Source: an uncultured Chloroflexia bacterium
Lineage (GTDB): Bacteria > Chloroflexota > Dehalococcoidia > SZUA-161
Length of the DNA: 64,000 nucleotides
Assembly: GCA_963847595.1 (NCBI GenBank)
Contig: CAWKAJ010000002.1
Span: forward strand, 1,597,914 to 1,661,913
Direction of reading: 5' to 3'
A program made the position numbers and the translations under genes. The notes under the pieces are model-generated. The model searched no databases and was not told where the DNA came from. It was given only the letters and a program-made list of their open reading frames with translations. Each line of letters opens with the position of its first letter. Position 1 is the first letter of the stretch. Shown here in pieces: positions 40,231 through 50,190 of the stretch.

Positions 40231-40725
40231 CTAGCCTCCCTCGGCCAGCTTCTTCATAATCTTATCGCGCACATCCTTCTGCACAAGCTCGATTCTGAGG
40301 CCATTGGTCTTAATGGCGTCGAAATGTGCGAAGGCCATGATGCCCACCATCTTGAGGTAGCAGATCATCTTAAGGCCCTGCGACTTGGCATTGGCCACTT
40401 CCTTGTCCAGGTCGTCTACCTCGAAGCCAAGATGGTGGAGGCCTTCACCGTATTTTGTGAGGAAGTCGGTATAGATGCACGGGCCCTTAACCACCTGCAC
40501 CATCTCCAGCCTGACCGGCCCCATCTGGCCGAAGGTGACCTTCATGGTGTAAGGCGAGGGCTTGCCCTTGTATATCACATCGGGCGGCAGGTCGTGCTGC
40601 TGCACCTCCTCGAATTTGATGCCGAATGCTTTGCTGTAAAAGGCTAGAGCCTTGTCCATGTCCTTGACCACGAATGCCAAGTGGTCTAGCTTCAATTTGG
40701 CGCTGCCTATCTTTAACGTCGCCAT
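40231..40725 (-). CDS. VOC (glyoxalase/bleomycin-resistance/dioxygenase) family protein
   Basis: VOC-like sequence pattern. Confidence 0.5.
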   Translation of the reverse strand: MATLKIGSAKLKLDHLAFVVKDMDKALAFYSKAFGIKFEEVQQHDLPPDVIYKGKPSPYTMKVTFGQMGPVRLEMVQVVKGPCIYTDFLTKYGEGLHHLGFEVDDLDKEVANAKSQGLKMICYLKMVGIMAFAHFDAIKTNGLRIELVQKDVRDKIMKKLAEGG

Positions 40726-40774
40726 CGCTGCATTTCCTCCTTATAAGTTGTAAAGGTTATTTTATTAATCTGCT

Positions 40775-40864
40775 TTCAACCCCCTGGCCCCCAATCTTGG
40801 GGGGATTTGAGAGTTGGGGACACCCCAAACCCCCGGCAAAGGGGCTTCGCCCCTCTGCACTCCT
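40775..40864. repeat. Dispersed hairpin-rich intergenic repeat, copy G
   Basis: ttcaaccccctggcccccaatcttgggggg..ttggggacaccccaaacccccggcaaaggggcttcgcccctctgcactcc. Confidence 0.6.
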
Positions 40865-40883
40865 CAATTGTTAAACATACTCC

Positions 40884-42857
40884 TTATATCTCGGCGGCGG
40901 CGAGCCAGCCCTCTTTTATGGCTTCCAGTATCGTCCTGGCCTCGACGCAGTCACCGATGCACTTGACCTCGACGCCCGTTTTCTCAATCGCTTCCTTGAG
41001 TTCGGTATTGGGTACGGACCCGGCAGCAAGTATGAAGGTATCAGCAGGGAAGTTCTTCATGGCATCGGCTGCGATCTCCGCCATGGAGGTTATGCCTCCA
41101 CGCACGTGGACACGCATGCCGGTCTCGGTTGCCTGCTGGTACTGGACGCCGGTGAGCATGCGGATGCCTTTGTTTCTCATCCTGTCGACGAGGAGTATCC
41201 TCATGTCGGGGTTCATCTTATTCGCCATGAACTGGCTTCTTCGGGCTATGGCCACCTGCTTGCCCTGGTCTGCCAGGAACTCGGCGGTCTCGCAGCCCAC
41301 CAGGTCGCCGCCGATGATGAACACCTTCTTACCCACCTTGGCCTTGCCCAGAAGCACATCCTCAGCGGTCACTACGTTCTTCAGCGTATCCAGGCCGGGT
41401 ATGTCCTCAGGGCTGGGGACCAAATTTTTAACGCCGGCGGCGAGGATAACCACATCGGGCTTGGCCTTCTTAATCTCTTCCGCAGTGATGGCCTTGCCCA
41501 GCACTACCTTGACCTTAAGCTTCCTCAACTGATTTATCATATAGGCTGTCAGGTCACGGATGTCCTTCTTGTAAGGAGGTATTGCGGCCAGGATCAATTG
41601 GCCGCCCAGCTTCCGTTCTTTTTCATAGAGCGTTACCTGGTGCCCTCTCAGCGTTGCCACGCGGGCTGCCTCCATGCCTGCAGGCCCGCCGCCCACGATG
41701 ATGACCTTCTTGGGCTTGGCTGCTTTCTTAATCTCGAACTCTTTCTCCCTGCCCACGGCGGGGTTGACCACGCAGGCAACGCCGTCAGCCCAAGCCAGGG
41801 TCTCGATGCAGTGGTTGCAGTGGATGCAGGGCCTGATATCCTTCTCTCTGCCCCTGGCGAGCTTGTTGGGAAGGTCGGGGTCACACTGCATCGCCCTGCC
41901 CATGGCGACGAAATCAATCTTGCCCTGCTTAATAGCCTGGTCGCCGATCTCAGGAGTGATATGCGCTGCGGCGATAATGGGAACCTTGACTACCTTCTTG
42001 ACCTGCTCAACCAGGCCAAGGTTGGGGGCAGGGCCGTCGGCTTCCGTGGGGCACATTGTGAAGTATTGCCAGGCGTAATCGTAGAATCCGCCCTGAGAGA
42101 GGTGGATGGCATCCGCTCCGGCAGCCACGAACATGGGCACCTGCACTAAAGTATCCTGCAGGGTGACGCCGTATTCGGCTACCTTGCCGCCTTTGACATA
42201 ATATACTTCATAGATGCTGGTGCGGCACCACAGCGGGAAATTCTTGCCCACTTCCTTTCTCACTGCCTTCAGGGTATCGCACATGAATCGCGCCCTGTTC
42301 TCCACGCTGCCGCCGTATTTGTTTTTGAGCGTGTTCCAGATGCGGGAGCGGAACTGGGTTTGCCCATTGATATTGGCGCCGTGGATTTCGATGGCATCAA
42401 ACCCCGCCTCTTTGGCTCTTCTCGCCCCCTCGACGAACTTCTGGATAATGTATTGGATTTTGTCTATCGATAGCTCTCGAGGCAGCTCCGCCCCCATGAC
42501 CGGCCTTTGCTCTCCCATGGCCCAGATGGAGCCGTGATAGATTTGCAGGCAGGCCTTGGCGCCATTTTTCTTGATGGTCTGGGCCAGCTTTGTTAATCCC
42601 GGCATATATTTGTCGTCGTCGATATTCAGCCCGAAGGGTAGCCCTGCTGCTCCGGCAGTGTCGACATTAGCGTTCTCGACGATGATCATCCCGACGCCGC
42701 CCTTGGCGCGCGCCTCATGGTAGGCCAGCAATCGGTCGGTGGCCTCGCCGCCTTCGCACACATTGGTCCCCATGGGAGGATAAACAATGCGGTTTTTGAG
42801 CTGCAGGGTGCCGATGCGGCCGGGGGAAAACAAGCTTTCATACTGGGACTTGGGCAT
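40884..42857 (-). CDS. 2,4-dienoyl-CoA reductase-like NADH:flavin oxidoreductase (OYE TIM barrel plus Fe-S plus FAD/NAD(P) domain)
   Basis: OYE N-terminus. CIHCNHC cluster. GGGPAG Rossmann motif. Confidence 0.7.
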   Translation of the reverse strand: MPKSQYESLFSPGRIGTLQLKNRIVYPPMGTNVCEGGEATDRLLAYHEARAKGGVGMIIVENANVDTAGAAGLPFGLNIDDDKYMPGLTKLAQTIKKNGAKACLQIYHGSIWAMGEQRPVMGAELPRELSIDKIQYIIQKFVEGARRAKEAGFDAIEIHGANINGQTQFRSRIWNTLKNKYGGSVENRARFMCDTLKAVRKEVGKNFPLWCRTSIYEVYYVKGGKVAEYGVTLQDTLVQVPMFVAAGADAIHLSQGGFYDYAWQYFTMCPTEADGPAPNLGLVEQVKKVVKVPIIAAAHITPEIGDQAIKQGKIDFVAMGRAMQCDPDLPNKLARGREKDIRPCIHCNHCIETLAWADGVACVVNPAVGREKEFEIKKAAKPKKVIIVGGGPAGMEAARVATLRGHQVTLYEKERKLGGQLILAAIPPYKKDIRDLTAYMINQLRKLKVKVVLGKAITAEEIKKAKPDVVILAAGVKNLVPSPEDIPGLDTLKNVVTAEDVLLGKAKVGKKVFIIGGDLVGCETAEFLADQGKQVAIARRSQFMANKMNPDMRILLVDRMRNKGIRMLTGVQYQQATETGMRVHVRGGITSMAEIAADAMKNFPADTFILAAGSVPNTELKEAIEKTGVEVKCIGDCVEARTILEAIKEGWLAAAEI

Positions 42858-43149
42858 CTACTCCTCCTTGATTTGAGAATATTTTTTAATAGATTAGATT
42901 TAGGATTGAAGCTGGTAGAGGCTAATAGGGGGTTGCAGCCTCTGCGAACGCAATAATCTCCCCGAGGTTGGGTGACGGGACTAAGATTATCGCCAGAAAA
43001 GAAACGGGGATGATAAGGGGGCTGTGATAGAGGTCATTTGGGAGCATGGCGGAAGCATAGTAGCCCATCTTGTTGCGGTTGTCAATAGTTGTCCAGGGGT
43101 GTACAGGGGCGTTTATCGTAGGGCGGGTTTCAAACCCGCCCTACCTGTG

Positions 43150-44544
43150 CTATCCCTCGTATTTCTTGAACACCAGGCAGGCGTTCTGGCCCCCGAAGCC
43201 GAAGCTGTTGGAGAGGGCTACATTAACATCCTTTACTCTGGCTACATTGGGCACGTAATCCAGGTCACAATCGGGGTCCGGGTATTCGTAGTTTATTGTG
43301 GGATGAATCACACCTGTGGTGATCGTTTTGATGCAGGCCACTGCTTCCACAGCCCCCGAACCGCCCAGAAGGTGCCCGATCATGGATTTGGTGGAGCTTA
43401 TGGGGATGTGATAGGCGTGCTCTCCGAAGAGCAATTTAATCGCCAGGGTCTCCACAGCATCGTTGAGCTGTGTTGAGGTTCCGTGGGCGTTGATGTGTTC
43501 AACCTCATTGGGCGAGAGGCCAGCGTCCTCAATTGCCCAGCGCATGGCGCGAATGGCTCCGGCACCATTTTCATGGGGAGCTACCACATGGTAGGCGTCC
43601 GATGATGCGCCGACGCCGGCAACCTCGGCATAGATGCGAGCATTCCTGTGCATGGCATGCTCCAAACTTTCCAGGATGAGAATGCCGGCTCCCTCTGCAG
43701 GAACGAAGCCATCCCGCTTGGCATCGAAGGGGCGGCTGGCCTTGGTCGGCTCATCGTTCCGAGTGGTCAAGGCTTTCATCACACAGAACCCGGCTATCCC
43801 TGTGGGGGTCAGGGCAGCCTCGCTGCCACCGGCGACCATGACCTCTGCTTTACCAAGTCTTATCACCTCTACGGCATCGCCGATAGCCTGGGTTGCAGCA
43901 GCGCAGGCGGTGGTTATGGTGGAGGAAAAACCTGTGAGCCCGAAGATAAGGCTGATCTGCCCTGCCGCCATGTTAGGCAGGATTATGGGCATGAAAAAGG
44001 GGGTTATCCTCATTCCGCCTTTCTCCAACAGGGTATGGTATCCTGCCTCAGCTTCAGGGAAGCCGCCGATTCCATTGCCGATAATCACGCCCAGCATGTC
44101 TGTGTTCTCGCGGCTGATATCGAGTCTGGCATCGTCTATAGCCATCCTCGCTGAGGCTACAGCGAATTGGCTGAACCGCGCCATCCTGCGCGCTTCTTTG
44201 AAGTCCATGTAGTTGCGGGGGTCAAAGTCCTTTACTTCGCCGGCTATCTGGCAGCTCAGACTGCTGACGTCGCAACTAGTAGTTTTAGCGATGCCTGACC
44301 TTCCTTCAATCAGTCCCTGCCAGTATTCGTCAACGGTGAGACCCAGGGGTGTAACTACCCCCATGCCGGTGACGACAACGCGGCGCCTCTCCTTCTTCCC
44401 CCGGCCTGTCCGCTGGGTGCGTGTTTTGGGGAGGCGGTGTGCCTTTGCCTTTTTGGCTATGCCTGTGAGCAGCTCATCGATTTGCTTATCGACGACTGCG
44501 GTGACTGCTTTTGATTGTTCAATCTCCGAACCCCCTGCCCCCAT
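43150..44544 (-). CDS. fabF: Beta-ketoacyl-ACP synthase II. The real start may lie downstream of the called one (50-aa basic N-terminal extension in the ORF).
   Basis: RRVVVTGMG. Active-site Cys region. Confidence 0.75.
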   Translation of the reverse strand: MGAGGSEIEQSKAVTAVVDKQIDELLTGIAKKAKAHRLPKTRTQRTGRGKKERRRVVVTGMGVVTPLGLTVDEYWQGLIEGRSGIAKTTSCDVSSLSCQIAGEVKDFDPRNYMDFKEARRMARFSQFAVASARMAIDDARLDISRENTDMLGVIIGNGIGGFPEAEAGYHTLLEKGGMRITPFFMPIILPNMAAGQISLIFGLTGFSSTITTACAAATQAIGDAVEVIRLGKAEVMVAGGSEAALTPTGIAGFCVMKALTTRNDEPTKASRPFDAKRDGFVPAEGAGILILESLEHAMHRNARIYAEVAGVGASSDAYHVVAPHENGAGAIRAMRWAIEDAGLSPNEVEHINAHGTSTQLNDAVETLAIKLLFGEHAYHIPISSTKSMIGHLLGGSGAVEAVACIKTITTGVIHPTINYEYPDPDCDLDYVPNVARVKDVNVALSNSFGFGGQNACLVFKKYEG

Positions 44545-44555
44545 TAAAACCCTCC

Positions 44556-45878
44556 TTAGCTTGCGTAGCGTTCGGGATGCAAGCCCTTCACATATTCTAT
44601 CACCTCGGCGACAAGGAATAGAGAGCCCGTGGCGCAGATGAGGTCTCCCCTGCCCGCTTTTCCTTGTGCCTCTGCCACTGCCCCGGCAACATCCTCCGCC
44701 GTCTCAGCCTGCACTCCCAATCGGGCAAACTCGCCAGCCAGTATCTCGGGCCTGGAGGCCCGGGGATGGCGCGAGCGAGTCACGATAACGGTATTTGCCA
44801 GCGGCGCTAATTCTTCGACTATCCCCGACGCATCCTTGTCGGCAGATGTACCCATTATAAGGATTAAATGGTCAAAGTGGAAATATTCTTTGAGCGCTTC
44901 TTTGAGCTTGCTCGCCGAATCGCGGTTATGGGCACCGTCCACGACGAGCAGCGGCCTGCGCCTCAGGATTTGCAGACGCCCGGGCCAGTTGGTCCTGGCT
45001 AATCCAGCCTCTATGCTTTTCCGGGGCACTCCCAGAACTTCCAGGGCTCCGACAGCAGCGGCGGCATTCTGCAACTGGTGCGCCCCGAGGAGGGGTATGG
45101 TTATCCGATAGGAGCCTCTAAGTCCCTGCACCTCCATTGATTGGCCGGAAAGGTTGGAGTCGAGTTTTCGCCACGTGATGTCGCTGCCCACTGAGACCAG
45201 CCTGGCTCCCTTCCTCTGGCAAGTCTCTCTAATCACCCCTGCAGCCTCATCGGCTTGAGCAGAGCTAACCACAGGGCGCCCCGGCTTGATAATGCCCGCC
45301 TTTTCGGCTGCGATCTGGGCGAGGGTGTCGCCCAATACCTCCGTATGGTCGAGGCTTATCGAAGTGATGATGCTAACCTCCGGGGTGACCACGTTAGTGG
45401 CATCCAGTCTGCCTCCCAGCCCTGTCTCCAGCACCTGGTAATCAACCTCCTTTTGCTGAAAATACATGAAGGCAGCGGCGGTGAGCAGCTCGAAGGTGGA
45501 AAGCTCGCCATAGGTCTTGTCATGGTCTATCGCTTCGACATGGGGCCGCATCCTGGCGACCACTGATTCCAGCTCTGATTTGAGTATAGGCTTACCGTCC
45601 ACCTGTATCCTTTCGCGAAGTGTAACCAGGTGGGGGGAAGTATAAAGCCCTGTCCTATAGCCGGCAGCCTGAAGCCCCGCCGCAATCATAGCTGACGTGC
45701 TGCCCTTGCCCTTGGAGCCGGCGATGTGCACAGCCTTCGTGCTGAGATGCGGGTTGCCCAGCCTCTGCAGCAGGGCGTCCATACGCCTCAGGTCGAACCT
45801 GCTGGCGTAGTTGTAGCCCGGCCACCTTTCGTAGTCGGTGCGGCTAAGCAAAAAATTGAGGGCAGCAGCGTAGTTCAT
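44556..45878 (-). CDS. folC: Folylpolyglutamate synthase / dihydrofolate synthase (Mur ligase family)
   Basis: HIAGSKGKGST P-loop. Mur ligase middle and C domains. Confidence 0.8.
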   Translation of the reverse strand: MNYAAALNFLLSRTDYERWPGYNYASRFDLRRMDALLQRLGNPHLSTKAVHIAGSKGKGSTSAMIAAGLQAAGYRTGLYTSPHLVTLRERIQVDGKPILKSELESVVARMRPHVEAIDHDKTYGELSTFELLTAAAFMYFQQKEVDYQVLETGLGGRLDATNVVTPEVSIITSISLDHTEVLGDTLAQIAAEKAGIIKPGRPVVSSAQADEAAGVIRETCQRKGARLVSVGSDITWRKLDSNLSGQSMEVQGLRGSYRITIPLLGAHQLQNAAAAVGALEVLGVPRKSIEAGLARTNWPGRLQILRRRPLLVVDGAHNRDSASKLKEALKEYFHFDHLILIMGTSADKDASGIVEELAPLANTVIVTRSRHPRASRPEILAGEFARLGVQAETAEDVAGAVAEAQGKAGRGDLICATGSLFLVAEVIEYVKGLHPERYAS

Positions 45879-45957
45879 CGTATAGAAAGGACGGTTTTTA
45901 ATGATTGGCTATTATATCATTGGGGCAAAGTCACTACAAGAGAACCCGCTTACTAAT

Positions 45958-46056
45958 GGGGGAGTGCAGAGGGGCTCTCCCCTCTGCCAGGGGGCTGTGG
46001 GTGTCCCCCAAAATTCTAAATTCCCCCATGATTGGGGGATACAGGGGGTTGAAAAG
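45958..46056. repeat. Dispersed hairpin-rich intergenic repeat, copy H (inverted orientation)
   Basis: ggagtgcagaggggctctcccctctgcc..gtgtcccccaaaattc..tcccccatgattgggggatacagggggttgaa is the reverse complement of the unit. Confidence 0.6.
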
Positions 46057-46143
46057 AGATTAGTGAACGCCTTCTAACAAGTGGCGGAGAGTGTCTCGTT
46101 GTATTATACTTAGGTGGTTTTAGCGACTCTGGAGGAGAGAAGG

Positions 46144-47061
46144 ATGAAAGGGAAAGACCTGTTGTCCATCAGCGACCTCACCCTGGATGAGGTATGGGGC
46201 ATTATCAATAGAGCCATCCGGCTGAAGAAGAGGAAGGCGATGAGCTCCATCCTTGCCGGAAAGACCCTCGCTTTGATATTCGAGAAGCCTTCTCTGCGCA
46301 CCAAGGTCAGCTTCGATGTCGCCATGTACCAGCTCGGAGGACACAGCGTATATCTTTCCCAGGCCGAGGTGGGGTTGGGGAGCAGGGAGCCCATCGCGGA
46401 CGTGGCCCGGACTCTCAGCCGCTATGTTGACATAATCGCAGCCCGGACCTTTGCCCATGCCACTGTGGAGTCGCTGGCAAAGTACGCCAGCGTGCCTGTA
46501 ATAAACGCGCTCTCAGATGGAGAGCACCCTTGCCAGGCGCTCGCCGACATCATGACCATCTACGAGAAGAAGGGTAAGCTGGAAGGCTTGACCGTTGCTT
46601 ACGTCGGCGACGGCAACAACGTAGCCAACAGCCTTTTCCTCGCTTGCTCGTCGGTGGGGGCGAACTTCAGGATTGCCTCGCCCAAGGGATACGAGCTTTC
46701 CAAAGAGATAATGCCCCTGGGGCTGCGCTCCTCAAGGAAAGTGGGCGCTGAGATCGCGCTGCTGAAAGACCCCAGGGAGGCGGTCAAGGGCGCCGACGTG
46801 GTCTACACCGATGTCTGGACCAGCATGGGACAGGAAGCGGAGGCGGAGAAGCGGCGCAAGGCCTTTGCAGGCTATCAGGTGGATGCCAGGCTGATGAAGC
46901 TTGCGGCAAAGGGCGCCATCTTCATGCACCCGCTGCCGGCGCATCACAACGAGGAGGTAGCCCCAGGCATCATAGACTCGAAGCAGTCTGTGGTCTTCGA
47001 CCAGGCAGAGAACCGCCTGCATGTCCAGAAGGCGATACTGGCGGAGATTTTGGGTAAGTAA
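46144..47061 (+). CDS. argF: Ornithine carbamoyltransferase
   Basis: S.RT. carbamoyl-phosphate motif. HPCQALAD. C-terminus SVVFDQAENRLHVQKAIL is OTC-typical. Confidence 0.75.
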   Translation: MKGKDLLSISDLTLDEVWGIINRAIRLKKRKAMSSILAGKTLALIFEKPSLRTKVSFDVAMYQLGGHSVYLSQAEVGLGSREPIADVARTLSRYVDIIAARTFAHATVESLAKYASVPVINALSDGEHPCQALADIMTIYEKKGKLEGLTVAYVGDGNNVANSLFLACSSVGANFRIASPKGYELSKEIMPLGLRSSRKVGAEIALLKDPREAVKGADVVYTDVWTSMGQEAEAEKRRKAFAGYQVDARLMKLAAKGAIFMHPLPAHHNEEVAPGIIDSKQSVVFDQAENRLHVQKAILAEILGK

Positions 47062-48380
47062 TGTCCAAGCCCATTGTCGCTATCGTGGGCAGGCCCAATG
47101 TGGGCAAGTCTACCCTGTTCAACCGGCTGGTCGGCGAACGCATCGCTATCGTGGAAGACCTGCCGGGTACGACGCGGGACAGGGTCTACGCCGATATGTC
47201 CTGGGGGGAACGCGAACTAACAATCATAGACACCGGCGGCTTCGAGCCCAGGCCCGACTCCGACCTGCGGCAAAAGGTCAAGCACCAGGCTGAGGTCGCT
47301 ATCGAGGAGGCGGACGCTATCATCTTTATGGTGGATGTCCTTGATGGCGTGACCATCCCCGACCAGGAGATAGCCGAGACGCTGAGGCGCTCACGGAAGC
47401 CGATTATCCTGGCTGTGAATAAAGCGGATAATGACCAGCGCCGCCAGCAGGCATTTCAGTTTCACGAGTTGGGCATCGGCGAGCCCATGGCTATCAGCGC
47501 CCATCATGGCATCGGCGTCTCCGACTTGATGGATGAGGTCTGCACCAGGTTGCCGCCCCCTGAGCCTGCTGCGCAGGAGCCTGAGATGCTGAAGATAGCC
47601 ATCGTGGGGCGACCCAACGTAGGCAAGTCCATGCTGCTCAACGCTATCCTGGGCCAGGAGAGGGCGATTGTGAGCGATATCCCCGGTACGACCCGTGACG
47701 CTACAGATACTGTATTCAAATACGATGGCGAGTCCATATTGTTCATAGATACCGCAGGGATCCGACGACGCGGCAAAATTGAGGTCGGCATCGAGCGATA
47801 CGGCGTCATGCGTTCTCTTAACGCAATCTCCAGGGCGGACGTTGTCCTCCTGGTCATCGAGGCTGCTGAGATCATGAATGAGCAGGATATGCACATCGCG
47901 GGCTATATCCATGAGGCGCTCAAAGGAATAGTGGTTGTGGTGAATAAGTGGGACTTGGCTCGCGAGTTGGAAGTGGATAAAGCTCAATGCGCTCGCGAGA
48001 TCAGGCAGAAGGTCAAATTCTTCCCCGATGTGCCCATGGCGTTCGCATCGGCACAGTTCGGGAAAGGCATCGGCGGGGTATTATCGGCAGCCAGGCAAGT
48101 CTATCAGGAGAGGCAGAAACGCCTTCCCACTCCGTTGCTCAATGATGAGATGAATAGAGCTATAGTTGCTCATCCTCCTCCATCGTTGTGGGGCAGACAG
48201 CTCAAGTTATCTTATGTAACCCAGCCCGATGTCGAACCACCGACCTTTGTTTTCTTCGTCAACGACCCCAGGCTGCTCCATTTTTCCTATCAGCGCTATC
48301 TGGAGAACAGCCTGCGCAAGGCCTTTGGCTTCAAGGGCACGCCGCTAAAGCTCATCTTTAAACGGAAGGGTAAGAAATGA
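47061..48380 (+). CDS. der: Ribosome biogenesis GTPase Der (EngA)
   Basis: Two tandem GTPase domains (GRPNVGKS twice). KH-like C-terminus. Confidence 0.9.
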   Translation: MSKPIVAIVGRPNVGKSTLFNRLVGERIAIVEDLPGTTRDRVYADMSWGERELTIIDTGGFEPRPDSDLRQKVKHQAEVAIEEADAIIFMVDVLDGVTIPDQEIAETLRRSRKPIILAVNKADNDQRRQQAFQFHELGIGEPMAISAHHGIGVSDLMDEVCTRLPPPEPAAQEPEMLKIAIVGRPNVGKSMLLNAILGQERAIVSDIPGTTRDATDTVFKYDGESILFIDTAGIRRRGKIEVGIERYGVMRSLNAISRADVVLLVIEAAEIMNEQDMHIAGYIHEALKGIVVVVNKWDLARELEVDKAQCAREIRQKVKFFPDVPMAFASAQFGKGIGGVLSAARQVYQERQKRLPTPLLNDEMNRAIVAHPPPSLWGRQLKLSYVTQPDVEPPTFVFFVNDPRLLHFSYQRYLENSLRKAFGFKGTPLKLIFKRKGKK

Positions 48381-49006
48381 TCGGGTTTGCTGCGGTGGTA
48401 ATCGGCAGTTATCTGATCGGTTCCATACCCTCGGGGTTAGTAGTGGGGAGGCTAAGAGGCGTCGATGTCAGGGAGTACGGCAGTGGCAATATCGGCACCA
48501 CCAATGTATTGCGCACGCTGGGCGCCAGATACGGGGCGGTAGTGCTCATCGCCGACGTGCTCAAGGGGGTAATAGCTGTCGTGCTTGCCAGGTATATTAT
48601 TGAGACTCCCACCGGTGAGATGGCTGCTGGCTTCGCCGCCGTCGCGGGGCATGACTGGTCGCTGTTCCTCAAGTTCAAGGGCGGACGCGGCGTTGCCACT
48701 TCGCTGGGGGCGCTTTTGCCGTTGGCTATGCCAGGCCCGTTGAGCGGTGTTATTGGCCTGGCTGTCTTTGCCCTGGTTACCTTGGCCTCTCGCTACGTGT
48801 CGCTGGCCTCCATAGTGGGTTCTGTTAGCGCAGTAGTGGCGATGGCTGTTTTCCTGGGCCTGGACCGTGTCCCCTGGCAATATTTGGTCTACATCGTGGT
48901 CGTGGTCGCCTTGATAATTTACCAGCATCGGGATAACATATCGAGGCTGCTGTCCGGCACGGAGAGCAAGCTGGGGCAGAAAGGGGAGAAAAGGCAGGCC
49001 ACATGA
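48377..49006 (+). CDS. plsY: Glycerol-3-phosphate acyltransferase PlsY
   Basis: GSGN.G.TN motif. Five TM. Overlaps the der stop. Confidence 0.85.
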   Translation: MIGFAAVVIGSYLIGSIPSGLVVGRLRGVDVREYGSGNIGTTNVLRTLGARYGAVVLIADVLKGVIAVVLARYIIETPTGEMAAGFAAVAGHDWSLFLKFKGGRGVATSLGALLPLAMPGPLSGVIGLAVFALVTLASRYVSLASIVGSVSAVVAMAVFLGLDRVPWQYLVYIVVVVALIIYQHRDNISRLLSGTESKLGQKGEKRQAT

Positions 49007-50052
49007 GGCAAAGAAAAAGCAGGGTCGCCGTTATCGGCACCACGAGTTGGGGCACCACCCTCGCCATAATGCTCAGTCGCAAGGGGCTGGCGGTCAGCCT
49101 GTGGGCGCGAACCGGACAGGAAGCGGAGAAGCTGAATCGCCAGAAGCAAAATGCCGTCCGTCTCCCAGGGTTTTCGTTCCCCGAGGGGCTGCTCACCACT
49201 GCTTCGCTCGACGAGGCGCTCGATAAAGCAGGCCTGGTCATTTTCGCTGTGCCCTCACAGGATATGCGGCGTAATGTCAGGTTGGTCAGGGAGCACCTCG
49301 ATCGCTCGATGCTTATTTTGAGCGTGGCCAAGGGACTTGAGGTTGAAAGTGTCAAGCGTATGTCCCAGGTGGCCTCCGAAGAACTCGCAGCCCGTTACCA
49401 TCCCAATATCTGTGTCCTTTCCGGACCCAATCTATCTAAAGAGATCGCCCGCGGCCTGCCGGCGGTCACAGTGGTGGCTGCCTACGACGCTACGGTGGCA
49501 GCGAAGGTGCAGAAGATAATGGCCACGCCTCTCTTTCGCGTTTACACAAATACTGATGTGGTCGGGGTAGAGCTGGGCGGAGCGCTGAAGAACATCATTG
49601 CCCTGGCAGCGGGCATGGTTGACGGACTGGAATACGGGAACAATACCAAGGCGGGTCTGATTACGCGCGGGCTTGCTGAGATTACACGTCTGGGCGTGGC
49701 TGCGGGAGCAAATCCGCTTACCTTCGCCGGTCTGGCCGGGCTGGGCGACCTGGTGGCTACCTGCTCCAGCCCCTTGAGCCGCAACCGCTTCGTGGGGCAG
49801 GAACTGGCGAAGGGGCGGGACTTGAAGGAGATACTCTCCTCTATGACGGGCATAGCCGAGGGGATTACCACCACTGTCGCCGCCCTCAAGCTGGCCGAGG
49901 AATTCGATGAGGAGATGCCCATCGCCGGGCAGGTATTCCGGGTGCTTTTCAAAGGGCTCGATGTCCGCCGCGCGGTGTCCGAACTCATGGTGCGCGAGCT
50001 GAAACATGAACTGGCTGGCATCCACAGTGCCCAGAACTCGGGGCTGATTTAG
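49003..50052 (+). CDS. gpsA: NAD(P)H-dependent glycerol-3-phosphate dehydrogenase
   Basis: N-terminal Rossmann motif. GLGDLV..C. KGxE motif. Confidence 0.9.
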   Translation: MRQRKSRVAVIGTTSWGTTLAIMLSRKGLAVSLWARTGQEAEKLNRQKQNAVRLPGFSFPEGLLTTASLDEALDKAGLVIFAVPSQDMRRNVRLVREHLDRSMLILSVAKGLEVESVKRMSQVASEELAARYHPNICVLSGPNLSKEIARGLPAVTVVAAYDATVAAKVQKIMATPLFRVYTNTDVVGVELGGALKNIIALAAGMVDGLEYGNNTKAGLITRGLAEITRLGVAAGANPLTFAGLAGLGDLVATCSSPLSRNRFVGQELAKGRDLKEILSSMTGIAEGITTTVAALKLAEEFDEEMPIAGQVFRVLFKGLDVRRAVSELMVRELKHELAGIHSAQNSGLI

Positions 50053-50190
50053 ACTATTCCCGCAATGTCATGCTATAATACTACGGGCAAAAAAGTCCTC
50101 TACATTGGGGAGGTGCCTCTGAAGAATCGTCTCAATAGTGGTCTGGAAGTCGCCAAAATGAACAACCAATTAAAGGAGGGCAAATAGAAA

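Noticed and set aside
41106-42149. 347-aa plus-strand ORF
   Set aside because: Antisense to the dienoyl-CoA reductase gene. No RBS or recognisable domains.
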